From NCBI GenBank assembly GCA_041393395.1, contig JAWKKG010000003.1, forward strand, positions 891,126 through 955,125: DNA of 64,000 nt, given 5' to 3'. Positions 18,548-27,580 of the stretch are shown one piece after another. A program made the position numbers and the translations under genes. Source of the stretch: a bacterium. Its GTDB lineage: Bacteria > ARS69. Every line of letters begins with the position of its first letter. Within the stretch, counting starts at the first letter, position 1. The notes below the pieces were generated by a model, which saw nothing but the letters and a program-made list of their open reading frames with translations, searched no databases and had not been told where the DNA came from.

Positions 18548-19732
18548 ATGATCGACCTGCGCCGATCGCGCGGGGCCGGCGAGTGCCACCGTTTGGTGGA
18601 GGACCTCGACGGGCTCCGGCCGTCACTCGACGCCATCCTGGCGCGCGTGAACCAGTTGCTGCAGACCCCGCTGTCCGGGGACAGCCGCCAGCACGCGGAT
18701 TCGATCGCGCGCGACGCCCGGTCCCTGCTCGCCCGGGTGGGGAGCATCCGCGACGTGGCGGAGCTCACCGAGGGACACCTCGGGATCCGGGAGATCGAGT
18801 TCTCGCCCGCGGTCGCACTGCGGGCGGAGATCGACCGCCTGGCCCCGCTCGCGGAGGGCGAAGGGCTCGACCTCTCGCTTCGTCTGGAGACGGACCTTCC
18901 GGCGCGCGTGGTGGGCGACCCGAGTCGCATCCGCCAGGCGCTCGAGGAACTCGTCCGCTTCGCGGTGGATCACACCCCGCGCGGGAGCGTCGAGGTTCGC
19001 GCCGGGTGGGCCGAGGAAGACGTCCTGCGGATCACGGTGGAGGACACCGGGGTCGGGACCCGTTCCGAGCATCTCGAGCGCGTGCTCGCGGGCGAGCCGT
19101 CGAGCCACGGTCTGGCGTTCGCGCGCGAGCTCGTGGAGCTCATGGGCGGCACGCTCGTGGGACGCAGCCGGCTCGGGCTCGGTTCGCGCTTCGACCTGGA
19201 GCTGCCGCTCGAACGAGCGGCCCAATCCGTGCCGCTCGTGCACGGGCGACTCGCGGGGTCACGGATCCTGTTCCTCGGCGAGGAGGATCCGGAGCTCGAG
19301 GAACGTCTCGAGTCGCTCGGCGCGCGCACGATGTACTGCGGATCGTCCACGCAGGCGCTGCGTCGACTGCGCGAGACGGCCGAGGCGGGCGAGCCGTTCG
19401 ATCTTCTCGTCGCGAATCCGCCGTTCTCGGGTCCGGACGCCCTCACGTTCGGCTCGCTCGTGCAGGGCGACACGCGACTGCGCTCCACGGAGCTCGTCCT
19501 CGTCGCGCCGGCCGGTCAGCCGGGGGACGCGGCGCGTCTGGAGGCGGTGGGCTGGCGCGGCTACTTCACGCGACCTTCCACGCCGGAGTTCCTCACGCTC
19601 GCGCTCGCCACCGTGCTCGGCACGGCCCGCAACTTCGGTCCGCGCTTCGTGACCCGGCATCTCCTCGCGGAGTGCGAGGTCATCGCGGAGGACGAGGTCG
19701 CGGCGCGGACGAATCGATCGCGCTTCGAATGA
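18548..19732 (+). CDS. sensor-less histidine-kinase-like protein with a degenerate receiver domain
   Basis: GGGAGGA RBS. DHp-like helices and HATPase G1 EDTGVG are present. The N-box Asn positions read ELVRFAV. In the REC-like C-terminus the phospho-Asp position reads LLVANPP. Confidence 0.65.
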   Translation: MIDLRRSRGAGECHRLVEDLDGLRPSLDAILARVNQLLQTPLSGDSRQHADSIARDARSLLARVGSIRDVAELTEGHLGIREIEFSPAVALRAEIDRLAPLAEGEGLDLSLRLETDLPARVVGDPSRIRQALEELVRFAVDHTPRGSVEVRAGWAEEDVLRITVEDTGVGTRSEHLERVLAGEPSSHGLAFARELVELMGGTLVGRSRLGLGSRFDLELPLERAAQSVPLVHGRLAGSRILFLGEEDPELEERLESLGARTMYCGSSTQALRRLRETAEAGEPFDLLVANPPFSGPDALTFGSLVQGDTRLRSTELVLVAPAGQPGDAARLEAVGWRGYFTRPSTPEFLTLALATVLGTARNFGPRFVTRHLLAECEVIAEDEVAARTNRSRFE

Positions 19733-20417
19733 CCTCGAACGCGAGCGCGGAGAGCTGATCCGGCGTGCGCCCGTCGACCTCGATGGGGTCGTGCAGGCGC
19801 ACGCGCACGACACCCGGACGCAGCCGGAACCCGCTCACCTGCTGGAACTCGAACGCCCCCGTCATCGAGACGGGGATGATCGCCGCCCCCCAGCGCGTCG
19901 CCAGGCGGAACACCCCGGAGCGGAACAGGCTCAATGAGCCGTCTCGCGTGCGGGTCCCCTCCGGAAAGATGACGAGGCTGTAGCCGCGGTCGAGACGATC
20001 GCGTGCCTCCCGGTCCAGCCGTACCAGCCCCTCGCGGGATGGCCGATCCGGCACCGGCACGTTGCCGAACGCACGCATCAACCAGCCGTACACGGGCACG
20101 TCGAAGTGTGACTCGAGCTCGAGGCCACGTGCTCGCTGCCCGAGCGACGCGTAGACGACGAACGGATCGAACACGTTCACGTGGTTCGACAGGAACAGGT
20201 ACTTCGCCCCGGCGTCGATTCTCGGCGAGCGCTCCACCTCCAGCCGCATCCCGGCGAGTCGCACGACGTTCCGGGAGTACAGGCGAAGCAGCGGCTCGAT
20301 GCGTCGCGGGCCGAGCAGCGGCCGCAGAGCGACGAGAAGCAACGTGGCCGGAATGAAGTGCGCGAAGCTGATCGCCCACCGGAACGCGGAGCGCACGTCT
20401 GCGCCGAGGTCGCTCAC
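19680..20417 (-). CDS. plsC: 1-acyl-sn-glycerol-3-phosphate acyltransferase family (PlsC/AGPAT)
   Basis: NHVNVFD (HX4D) and FPEGTRTRDG blocks. GTG start forms a GTGA overlap with the upstream stop (20414-20417). Confidence 0.85.
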   Translation of the reverse strand: MSDLGADVRSAFRWAISFAHFIPATLLLVALRPLLGPRRIEPLLRLYSRNVVRLAGMRLEVERSPRIDAGAKYLFLSNHVNVFDPFVVYASLGQRARGLELESHFDVPVYGWLMRAFGNVPVPDRPSREGLVRLDREARDRLDRGYSLVIFPEGTRTRDGSLSLFRSGVFRLATRWGAAIIPVSMTGAFEFQQVSGFRLRPGVVRVRLHDPIEVDGRTPDQLSALAFEVIRSAIDSSAPRPRPPR

Positions 20418-22213
20418 GCCAGCGGCCGCATTCGATCGGGAGACGACCGCTCCCGCAGGTGCTCCGCCAGCACGCCGCGCTTCACCTTCATCGAGGCCGT
20501 GCGCGGGAACTCCTCGCTCCAGAACAGCACCGCACTCGCCCGCTGGTGCTCGGGGAGTCGCCGGTTGCGGGTTTCGATCTCCGCGAACAGCTCGTCCTCC
20601 GAGGGGCGTTCGGGATCGGGCCGCGCCACGAGCACGAGTCGCTCGTCGCGGGCCGTGCCCGGCCAGAGCCAGTGAGCCGCGAACAGGCACAGATCCGGCG
20701 CGAGCCCCGCGAAGGCGATCTCCACGTCCTCGGGGTACACGTTCTTGCCGCCTTCGGTCACGATCATGTTCTTGCGACGCCCCACGAGCTGGAGCGCGCC
20801 TCCCGCGGTGAGGCGGCCGAGGTCGCCGGTGCACAGCCAGCCCTCCGCGAACGTCTCCGCCGTGAGTTCGGGATCGTCGAGGTAGCCGCGCATGATCATC
20901 GGACTGCGAACGCGAACCTCGCCGATGCCGTCCGGGCCGGGGTCGGCGATCGTGAGCTCGATGCCGGGGAGCGGAGTGCCGACCGTCTCCGGTTGCGGGG
21001 GATCGAGACGATCGAGCGTGATCGCGGTGCCCGCCTCCGTGAGGCCGTAGCCGTTCGCCACGGGGATGCCGAGCCGGTGGAAGAAACGCAACGTCTCCGG
21101 CGCGGAGTATGCGCCGCCCACGAACAGTGCCTCGAGCCGGCCGCCGAACGCGTCGTGCACGGGGCGCAGCAGGCGACGTGCGATCGCGGGGCGCGGCCTG
21201 CCGCCCGACAGCGCGACGTTCAGGCGCACGAGTCCCTCGAACACCGCGCGCCGGAGCGGCGGCAGCTCGTCGAAACGGCGGCGAAGTCCCGTCTCCAGGT
21301 TCTTGAGCACCAGGGGGACGAGCGCCATGTGCGTGATGCGGTAGCGCGGGAACGCGTCGCGCACGAACTCCGGACGCAGCGTGCGCAGGTGCACCACCGT
21401 CGCGCCGCGGAAGTACGGGCCCAGGAACCCGACCATGAAGTCGATCGCGTGGTTCGTGGGGAGGATCGAGAGGTACCGCGTGCCGGGGCCGAGCGGGTGC
21501 AGCTGCGCGAGCGCGTCGAACTGGGCGAGGTAGTTGCCGTGCGTGAGCTGGCAGCCCTTGGGGCGACCGCCCGTGCCCGAGGAGTACACCAGGCAGGCGA
21601 CGTCTTCCGGCGCGCGCTCCACCGTCGGGGGGACGCTGATGGGGGCGGGCTCTTCGGGCACGGCGCCGGCATCACGAGTCGGGTCGGACGGAGCGCCGGC
21701 GCCCGTGGTCTCATCGAACGGCGTCGCGCGCGCGGTCGCCGGCCGGGCGATCTCCTGGCCCGGGGGCACGTCGGTCGCCACGACGTCCGCGATCCCGAGC
21801 GACGCGAACTCCGCCACGCCTCCCTGCGCCCGCAGCAGATGCCACTCCGCGAACACGACCTTCGGCTTCGCGTGCGCGAGGAGCGCGACCTGCTCCCCGG
21901 CCGAGAGCTTGAAGTCCAGCGGCACGAGCACGCCGCCGCGCCGGAACACGGCCGCCGCGGCGACGTGCCAGCGCGCCTGGTTCGACATCACGATCGCGGC
22001 GCGATCTCCCGGCCCGAAGCCGCGCTCCGCGAGCCACGCCGCGAGCCCTCCGGAACGTGCCTCGAGATCCCGGTACGTCAGGCGACCGTTCTCGCGATCG
22101 CGGTCCGCCTCGATGTGCGCGAGCGCGTCGCCGTGGCGCGCGAACGCCCGCGTCAACGCCACGCCGAGACTCGTGGGGTTCCCGAGGTCGGACAGAGGGG
22201 AAGGAGTGGTCAA
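20414..22213 (-). CDS. AMP-dependent synthetase/ligase (long-chain acyl-CoA/acyl-AMP ligase)
   Basis: AMP-binding core LVYSSGTGGRPKG, GYGLTE, TGDLG...GRRKNMIV. TTG start overlaps the ACP stop (TTGA). Confidence 0.85.
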   Translation of the reverse strand: MTTPSPLSDLGNPTSLGVALTRAFARHGDALAHIEADRDRENGRLTYRDLEARSGGLAAWLAERGFGPGDRAAIVMSNQARWHVAAAAVFRRGGVLVPLDFKLSAGEQVALLAHAKPKVVFAEWHLLRAQGGVAEFASLGIADVVATDVPPGQEIARPATARATPFDETTGAGAPSDPTRDAGAVPEEPAPISVPPTVERAPEDVACLVYSSGTGGRPKGCQLTHGNYLAQFDALAQLHPLGPGTRYLSILPTNHAIDFMVGFLGPYFRGATVVHLRTLRPEFVRDAFPRYRITHMALVPLVLKNLETGLRRRFDELPPLRRAVFEGLVRLNVALSGGRPRPAIARRLLRPVHDAFGGRLEALFVGGAYSAPETLRFFHRLGIPVANGYGLTEAGTAITLDRLDPPQPETVGTPLPGIELTIADPGPDGIGEVRVRSPMIMRGYLDDPELTAETFAEGWLCTGDLGRLTAGGALQLVGRRKNMIVTEGGKNVYPEDVEIAFAGLAPDLCLFAAHWLWPGTARDERLVLVARPDPERPSEDELFAEIETRNRRLPEHQRASAVLFWSEEFPRTASMKVKRGVLAEHLRERSSPDRMRPLA

Positions 22214-22452
22214 CGTCGCGCGTGGATCCGCTCGGAGAGCGTGCGGAAATCGGTGACGCCCTGCATCTCCCAGTCCGGCAGCTCCACGCCGAAGTGACCC
22301 TCCAGGCGCGAGAGCAGTTCCAGCGCCTTGAGGCTGTCGATGCGAAGCTTCGCGAAGAAGTCGTCGTCCGGCGCGAGCGTGTCGCGCGAGACGTCGAAGT
22401 GGCGGGCGGCGAGATCCAGGATCTCCTCCAGTGTCTCGTTCGGCGTGCTCAT
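22210..22452 (-). CDS. acyl carrier protein
   Basis: 80 aa with the phosphopantetheine-site context FFAKLRIDSLKALELL. Confidence 0.85.
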   Translation of the reverse strand: MSTPNETLEEILDLAARHFDVSRDTLAPDDDFFAKLRIDSLKALELLSRLEGHFGVELPDWEMQGVTDFRTLSERIHARR

Positions 22453-22460
22453 CTCGGACC

Positions 22461-23279
22461 TCACGGAAGGTAGGGAAGCGGATCCGCGCTGTTCACGAAC
22501 CGGCGGAGGCCTTCCTCCACCGCGGGGCGGGCGAGCAGCTCGCAGAAGACGTCGATCTCCTCGGCGAGCCGTTCGTACGGGACGGGCTTCGCGAATCGCT
22601 TCGCGGCCGTCGCGGTGCCGGCGTCGAACTTCGTGGTCTGCGCCGCGGTCGCGAGGGCGGCCGGCAGCGCCTGGCCCTCTCCCACGAGCTGACTCACGAG
22701 GCCGACCTCGTGCGCGCGCTTCGCGTTCAGGCTGCGGCCCGTGAGCAGCAGGTCGCGGACGACCGCGTTGCCCACGTCGCGTTCGAGGCGCGGGATGCCG
22801 CCGAAGCCGGGAATCAGGCCCAGCCGCAGCTCGGGGAAGCAGAACCGCGCGAGCTTGTCGGCCACGAGTACATCGCAGGCCAGCGCGAGCTCGAAGCCGC
22901 CGCCGAATACCATGCCGTGGAGCGCCGCGATCGTGGTGAGGGAGGAGTCGTCGAGGCGGTTCAGCACCGCGTGGATGCGCTCCAGGAACTCGCGCACGCC
23001 GGCGACGCGCTCGCTTGCGGGAAGGGCCTCCGCGCGTCGCCACAGCTCGCGCAGGTCCGCGCCCGCGCAGAATCCCGCCGGCAACGACGAGTACAGGACC
23101 AGCGCCCGCGCCCGCTCCTCCAGTGCCGGCAGCGCGCCGGCGAGGCGCTCGAGATCGTCGAGCATCTCGCTGCCGATCTCGTTCGCGGGCGCGCGATGCA
23201 GCTCCACCCGCACGACGTGACCCTCGACGGACCAGGAAAGCGTGTCTCCGCGGTACTCGAGCACGTCGCCTCCCGTCAC
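22461..23279 (-). CDS. enoyl-CoA hydratase/isomerase (crotonase) family protein
   Basis: Oxyanion-hole region GFCAGADLRE and downstream ALHGMVFGGGFELALACD. GTGA overlap with the upstream stop. Confidence 0.85.
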   Translation of the reverse strand: MTGGDVLEYRGDTLSWSVEGHVVRVELHRAPANEIGSEMLDDLERLAGALPALEERARALVLYSSLPAGFCAGADLRELWRRAEALPASERVAGVREFLERIHAVLNRLDDSSLTTIAALHGMVFGGGFELALACDVLVADKLARFCFPELRLGLIPGFGGIPRLERDVGNAVVRDLLLTGRSLNAKRAHEVGLVSQLVGEGQALPAALATAAQTTKFDAGTATAAKRFAKPVPYERLAEEIDVFCELLARPAVEEGLRRFVNSADPLPYLP

Positions 23280-24919
23280 GCCGACACGGCGGACTGCGCG
23301 TACAGCGCGTCGATCGAGTCACGGAACCGCTCGGCGATCGCGGCGCGCCGGAGCTTTCCGTTCGCGGTGAGGAGCCCATCCTCGGCTGTGAACGGTGTCT
23401 CGATCACGAGTGATCCGCGCACGCGCCGGTAGTGGGGGAGATCGACGTTGATCTCCTCGAGCGCGCGTTCCACTTCTTCCGGCCTTACGGACCCCGTGAC
23501 CAGGACCGCGAGCCACGGTTTCGCATCGCCGATCACCACCACCTGCTGGGCCGACGGCAGCCGCGCCGCGATCGCTTCCTCGAGCGGCTCGGGCGCGACG
23601 TTGTGGCCGGACGTCGGCACGATCAGGTTCTTGATGCGTCCGATCACGCGCCAGTTGCCGTCGGCATCCACCTCGCCCTGATCGCCCGTGCGGAACCAGC
23701 CGTCCGTGAACGACGCGGACGTCGCGTCCGGGCGGTTCCAGTAGCCGCCGAACACGTTCGGGCCGCGCGCGAGGATCTCGTCGTGCTCGCCCAGCCGCAT
23801 CTCCACGCCTTCCACCGCGCGGCCCACGCGGCCCGGCACCACGCGGTCCGGCTCGTCCATCGTGAGGATCGCGGTGGTCTCCGTGAGGCCGTAGACCTGG
23901 AGCACGGGGATGCCGATCAGGTCGAAGAATCCCTGCGTTTCGCTCGTCAACGGCGCGGAGCCGCAGATCAGCGCGCGGAGTCGCGGCCCGAGGCGACGTC
24001 GCACCGTGGGGAACAGCACGGCGCGTGCCGTGCCGCGCGCCACGAAGTCGCGCCGGCGCGGGGATTCTCCGCGCATCTCGGCCTGCTGCGCGCGCTCGGC
24101 GGCGCGGAACAGCGCGCGCGTCGGCGGGCGGCGCGCGAGTGCGCGCGTGATGCCCTCGCGCATCCGCTCCAGCAGCACCGGCACGTTCTGGAAGTAATGC
24201 GGCTTCGCGAGCGCGAGATCCTCCACGATCGAGGACAGATCCGTGTTCAGCGTGAGGATGCTCCGCCGGCCGAGCGACGCGAGCAGCAGGATCCACGATC
24301 CCGCGAAGCAGAAGGGCAGGTAGTGGAACACGCGATCCGGACCCGGCTCGCGGCCCATCAGTCCATCGAGGCGCCGGTTCGTTCGCTCGAGCATGAAGTC
24401 CAGGTTCGCGCCGGTCAGCACCACGCCCTTCGGCTCGCCCGACGTGCCGGACGTGTACAGGATCGCCACCGGCGACTCGACGTCGCGCTCGGGCGGCGCG
24501 TCTCCGCGATCCTCCGCCTGATCGAGCGCAGCGAGCTCGTGGATCGGAACGTCGACTCCCGCTTGCCGCAGCGCCGCGGCCTGCTCGGCCGACTCCACCA
24601 GCACCAGCGTCGGGGTGGCGTCGCGCAGCAGCGCCGCCATCTCCGCCGGCTGGCTGCGCGCGTACAGCGGCACCACGATCGCCCCGTGCGCGATGATCGC
24701 GAGATCGGCGGCGACCCAGCTCGCGGAGTTCGTGCCGAGCAGCGCCACGCGGTCGCCGCGGCGCACACCGGCGTCGCTCAGGAACGCACGCGCGCGTCGG
24801 ATCCGCTCCGCGAGCCACGAGCCGGGGAACGCGAGAAGCTGTCCGCCTCGCGCCTCCTGCACGAACGGGTGATCGGGGTGGCGATCGAGCTCCCCGAGGA
24901 TCCGCTCGAGGTGCTTCAC
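23276..24919 (-). CDS. long-chain acyl-CoA synthetase (AMP-binding)
   Basis: ILYTSGTSGEPKG, VYGLTET, TGDQGEVD...GRIKNLIV. GTG at 24919 overlaps the upstream stop (GTGA). Confidence 0.85.
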   Translation of the reverse strand: MKHLERILGELDRHPDHPFVQEARGGQLLAFPGSWLAERIRRARAFLSDAGVRRGDRVALLGTNSASWVAADLAIIAHGAIVVPLYARSQPAEMAALLRDATPTLVLVESAEQAAALRQAGVDVPIHELAALDQAEDRGDAPPERDVESPVAILYTSGTSGEPKGVVLTGANLDFMLERTNRRLDGLMGREPGPDRVFHYLPFCFAGSWILLLASLGRRSILTLNTDLSSIVEDLALAKPHYFQNVPVLLERMREGITRALARRPPTRALFRAAERAQQAEMRGESPRRRDFVARGTARAVLFPTVRRRLGPRLRALICGSAPLTSETQGFFDLIGIPVLQVYGLTETTAILTMDEPDRVVPGRVGRAVEGVEMRLGEHDEILARGPNVFGGYWNRPDATSASFTDGWFRTGDQGEVDADGNWRVIGRIKNLIVPTSGHNVAPEPLEEAIAARLPSAQQVVVIGDAKPWLAVLVTGSVRPEEVERALEEINVDLPHYRRVRGSLVIETPFTAEDGLLTANGKLRRAAIAERFRDSIDALYAQSAVSA

Positions 24920-26358
24920 GCGGGAACTCCCGATCGATGAGGCGTGCCCAGTACGGGGGCGTCCGTCGCCCAGCGGGCGGCGAGCGCCTCGAGTCCGGGC
25001 GAGAGCGGCGGCAGGTACTCGCGCCAGGGGACGAGCCCTTCGCGGACGGGGAACTCCGCAAAGCGACGAGCGACTTCGGCCTCCAGGAACGCGCCCATGC
25101 GCGCCATCCGCACGAGGTTGTCCGCGACCGTGCGCCCGAGATCGTCGCGCATCGACTCCGCCTCGTCGTCCAGCCGATGCAGGATGCCGAGCAGTCGCTC
25201 CTCGAGCGCGGGGTCGTCCACCGTGAGCAGCAGATGCTCGTGGCCGCGCTCGTGCATCAGGTTGCGGATGCGCTCGTCCATCGTGATGCCGGCGGACGGC
25301 ACGAGCGCCGGCATGCTCGTGACGATCGCGTGGAAGCGCGACGACACGAGCCGGTCGCAGCGCCGGAGGATCGACACGAGCGTGTGCATGTCGTGCTCGC
25401 CGGAGGCGAAAACCGGCGCTCCGTCGAGCCGGGCCGCGACGCGCTCGCACGCGTCCTGGTCCAGCGCTTCCATCGCCACGAGCACGGGAAACACTTGCCG
25501 CTCGCGCCGGTACGCGGTCACGGCGTTCGCGATCGAGGACAGGTAGCGGTCGTACGCCGCGTCGACGTCGGCGCCTGCGCGGTGGAAGTAGATCGAGCGG
25601 TAGTGGCTCTCCCGGTACGCGCCGAACAGTCGCGCCGCGCCCTTGAGGATCGACGGTCGCACGGGCCACCAGAACGGATTGATCGGACACAGCCCGAGGA
25701 TCGGGGTCGAGCCGTCCCAGCCGGCCGCGCGCAGCAGCGTGTCCGCCCGCTCGGCGCCCCGCGGCTCGAACGTCCACGCGGTGTCGGTGCCGGGCTCGAC
25801 CGGAACTCCGAGCGCGCGCAGGCGGGTCTCCGACTCGCGGTTGCGCGTGATCACGAGCGACGAGCCGCAATGCCGGCGCACGAGCCGTTCGAGGCCCGGG
25901 TGCATGTCGCCGGCCTCGGCGCCGTAGCCGATGGAGATCCCGTTCCGCGCCGAGGCGACCCCGAGCGCGCCGACCATCATCGTGGTCAACGCATCCGCGA
26001 AGCGGCTCTTGAACATGGAGCCCTCGGCCGCGATCACTCCGTGGTGACGCGGCACCTCGCGTGCGAGGAACGGCGGGAACACGTCGGGCAGTTTCACCTG
26101 CCGCGACCGACCGAAGTAGCCCTCGGTGAGCCGGAAGTCCTGGGTGAGCACCGAGATGCGCACGCGGTCCGGACCGAGGACGTGCTCGATCTGCCGTACC
26201 ATCTCCTCGACACGAACGTCGGAGCCGGTGTTGCGCGCGCCGTTGTAGCCCGCGATCAGCAGGTCGAGCGGCTGGCCGGGGCGCCACGGGCGGGCGGGGC
26301 CGCGCTTGGCGCCCTCGATCACGGCGCCGGTCCAGCGACGCAGCAGCACGTCACTCAT
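24916..26358 (-). CDS. polysaccharide pyruvyl transferase family protein
   Basis: N-terminal LLIAGYNGARNTGSDVRVE and C-terminal LVSSRFHAIVTSM resemble the CsaB/WcaK-type PS_pyruv_trans fold. ATG at 26358 overlaps the upstream gene by 8 nt. Confidence 0.65.
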   Translation of the reverse strand: MSDVLLRRWTGAVIEGAKRGPARPWRPGQPLDLLIAGYNGARNTGSDVRVEEMVRQIEHVLGPDRVRISVLTQDFRLTEGYFGRSRQVKLPDVFPPFLAREVPRHHGVIAAEGSMFKSRFADALTTMMVGALGVASARNGISIGYGAEAGDMHPGLERLVRRHCGSSLVITRNRESETRLRALGVPVEPGTDTAWTFEPRGAERADTLLRAAGWDGSTPILGLCPINPFWWPVRPSILKGAARLFGAYRESHYRSIYFHRAGADVDAAYDRYLSSIANAVTAYRRERQVFPVLVAMEALDQDACERVAARLDGAPVFASGEHDMHTLVSILRRCDRLVSSRFHAIVTSMPALVPSAGITMDERIRNLMHERGHEHLLLTVDDPALEERLLGILHRLDDEAESMRDDLGRTVADNLVRMARMGAFLEAEVARRFAEFPVREGLVPWREYLPPLSPGLEALAARWATDAPVLGTPHRSGVPA

Positions 26359-27580
26359 GGGCGGCCCTCGAGCGGGAATGGGAGCCGTTCGAGCCGTTCG
26401 TCGTCTTCGCGGCGGCCGCGACGTCTTCGAGCGTGGCCGGACGCGACGGCGCCGGCGGCCGGTCCGCGCCCTCCGGCCACTCGCGGTGCGGGTAGCGGAA
26501 GTCCTGGCGACGCGACCAGTCCAGCAGCGGTGCCGCGTACTTCGGGAACGACGCGGGCGCGCGGCCGAGCTCGGTGACCACGCGGGAGGAATCGAACACC
26601 GTATCGTACGTGAGATACGGGAAGAAGACGTCGAGGAGCCGCGCGCCGAGTCGCACCGGCTTGGGACCGAACCGCCCGAGGGCGGAGGCCGCGAACCGGA
26701 ACGGCCCTTCGAGCCCGGGCACGTAGGCCGGGCGGCCCGTGCCGAGGGACTCGGACAGCGTGTCCGTGATCGCGCGGTACGTCGGCGCCTCGCGGCCGGC
26801 CGAGAGATGGTACACGCGATGATCCGTCCGCTCGCGCAGGTGCAACGTGACGATCGCATCGGCCACCCAGTTCGCGGGCACGATGTCGATCCGATCGAGC
26901 GGACGGAGCGGCAGCACGGGCAGCGACGCGAGGAACGAGAACGCCCGCACCATGTCGAACTGCGTCGTCTCCGCGAAGCGGCTGTCGCCCATCACGATGG
27001 ACGGCCGGAACACGAGGCGGGAGACGTCGGGCAGCAGCTCGCCCACCAGGTGCTCCGCGAATTTCTTCGTGCGGCCGTAGGCGTCGTAGTCGCGACGTTG
27101 CCAGTCGACGGCGGAGTCCTCGTCCACGACCTCGTGCGATCGCTCGCCCGCCACCGACACCGTCGACACGTGGCTGAACCGACGCAGGCCGCGCTCGTCC
27201 TGGATCTCGCGCGCGAGCTTCGCGAGCGCGAGCGTGCCCCGGATGTTGACGTTGAGGCATGCACGCTCGGACCGCCGGTTCAGCGAGGCGGCGCAGTGCA
27301 GAATCGCGTCGGTGGTGCGCGCGAGGCGGAGACGATCGTCGGGCGAGAGGCCGAAGTCCGGTTCCGTGAGGTCGCCCGCGAACACCTCGACCCGCAACCG
27401 GAGGTGCTCGAAGAAGTCCTCGGGCGACAGGTGGAGTTGCCAGGCGCGCCACAGACGTCGCTCCGCCTCCGCCCGGTCGCGCGCGCGCACGAGCACCGCC
27501 ACGGGCTCGCCCTCGCGCAGCAAGCCGGCCGCGAGGTACGAACCCAGGTATCCGGTGGAGCCGGTGAGCAGCGTGGCCAT
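26351..27580 (-). CDS. SDR-type thioester/acyl reductase (NAD_binding_4-like)
   Basis: MATLLTGSTGYLGSYL Rossmann motif and YGRTKKFAEHL (YxxxK). TGATG junction with the upstream gene at 27580. Confidence 0.8.
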   Translation of the reverse strand: MATLLTGSTGYLGSYLAAGLLREGEPVAVLVRARDRAEAERRLWRAWQLHLSPEDFFEHLRLRVEVFAGDLTEPDFGLSPDDRLRLARTTDAILHCAASLNRRSERACLNVNIRGTLALAKLAREIQDERGLRRFSHVSTVSVAGERSHEVVDEDSAVDWQRRDYDAYGRTKKFAEHLVGELLPDVSRLVFRPSIVMGDSRFAETTQFDMVRAFSFLASLPVLPLRPLDRIDIVPANWVADAIVTLHLRERTDHRVYHLSAGREAPTYRAITDTLSESLGTGRPAYVPGLEGPFRFAASALGRFGPKPVRLGARLLDVFFPYLTYDTVFDSSRVVTELGRAPASFPKYAAPLLDWSRRQDFRYPHREWPEGADRPPAPSRPATLEDVAAAAKTTNGSNGSHSRSRAAHE

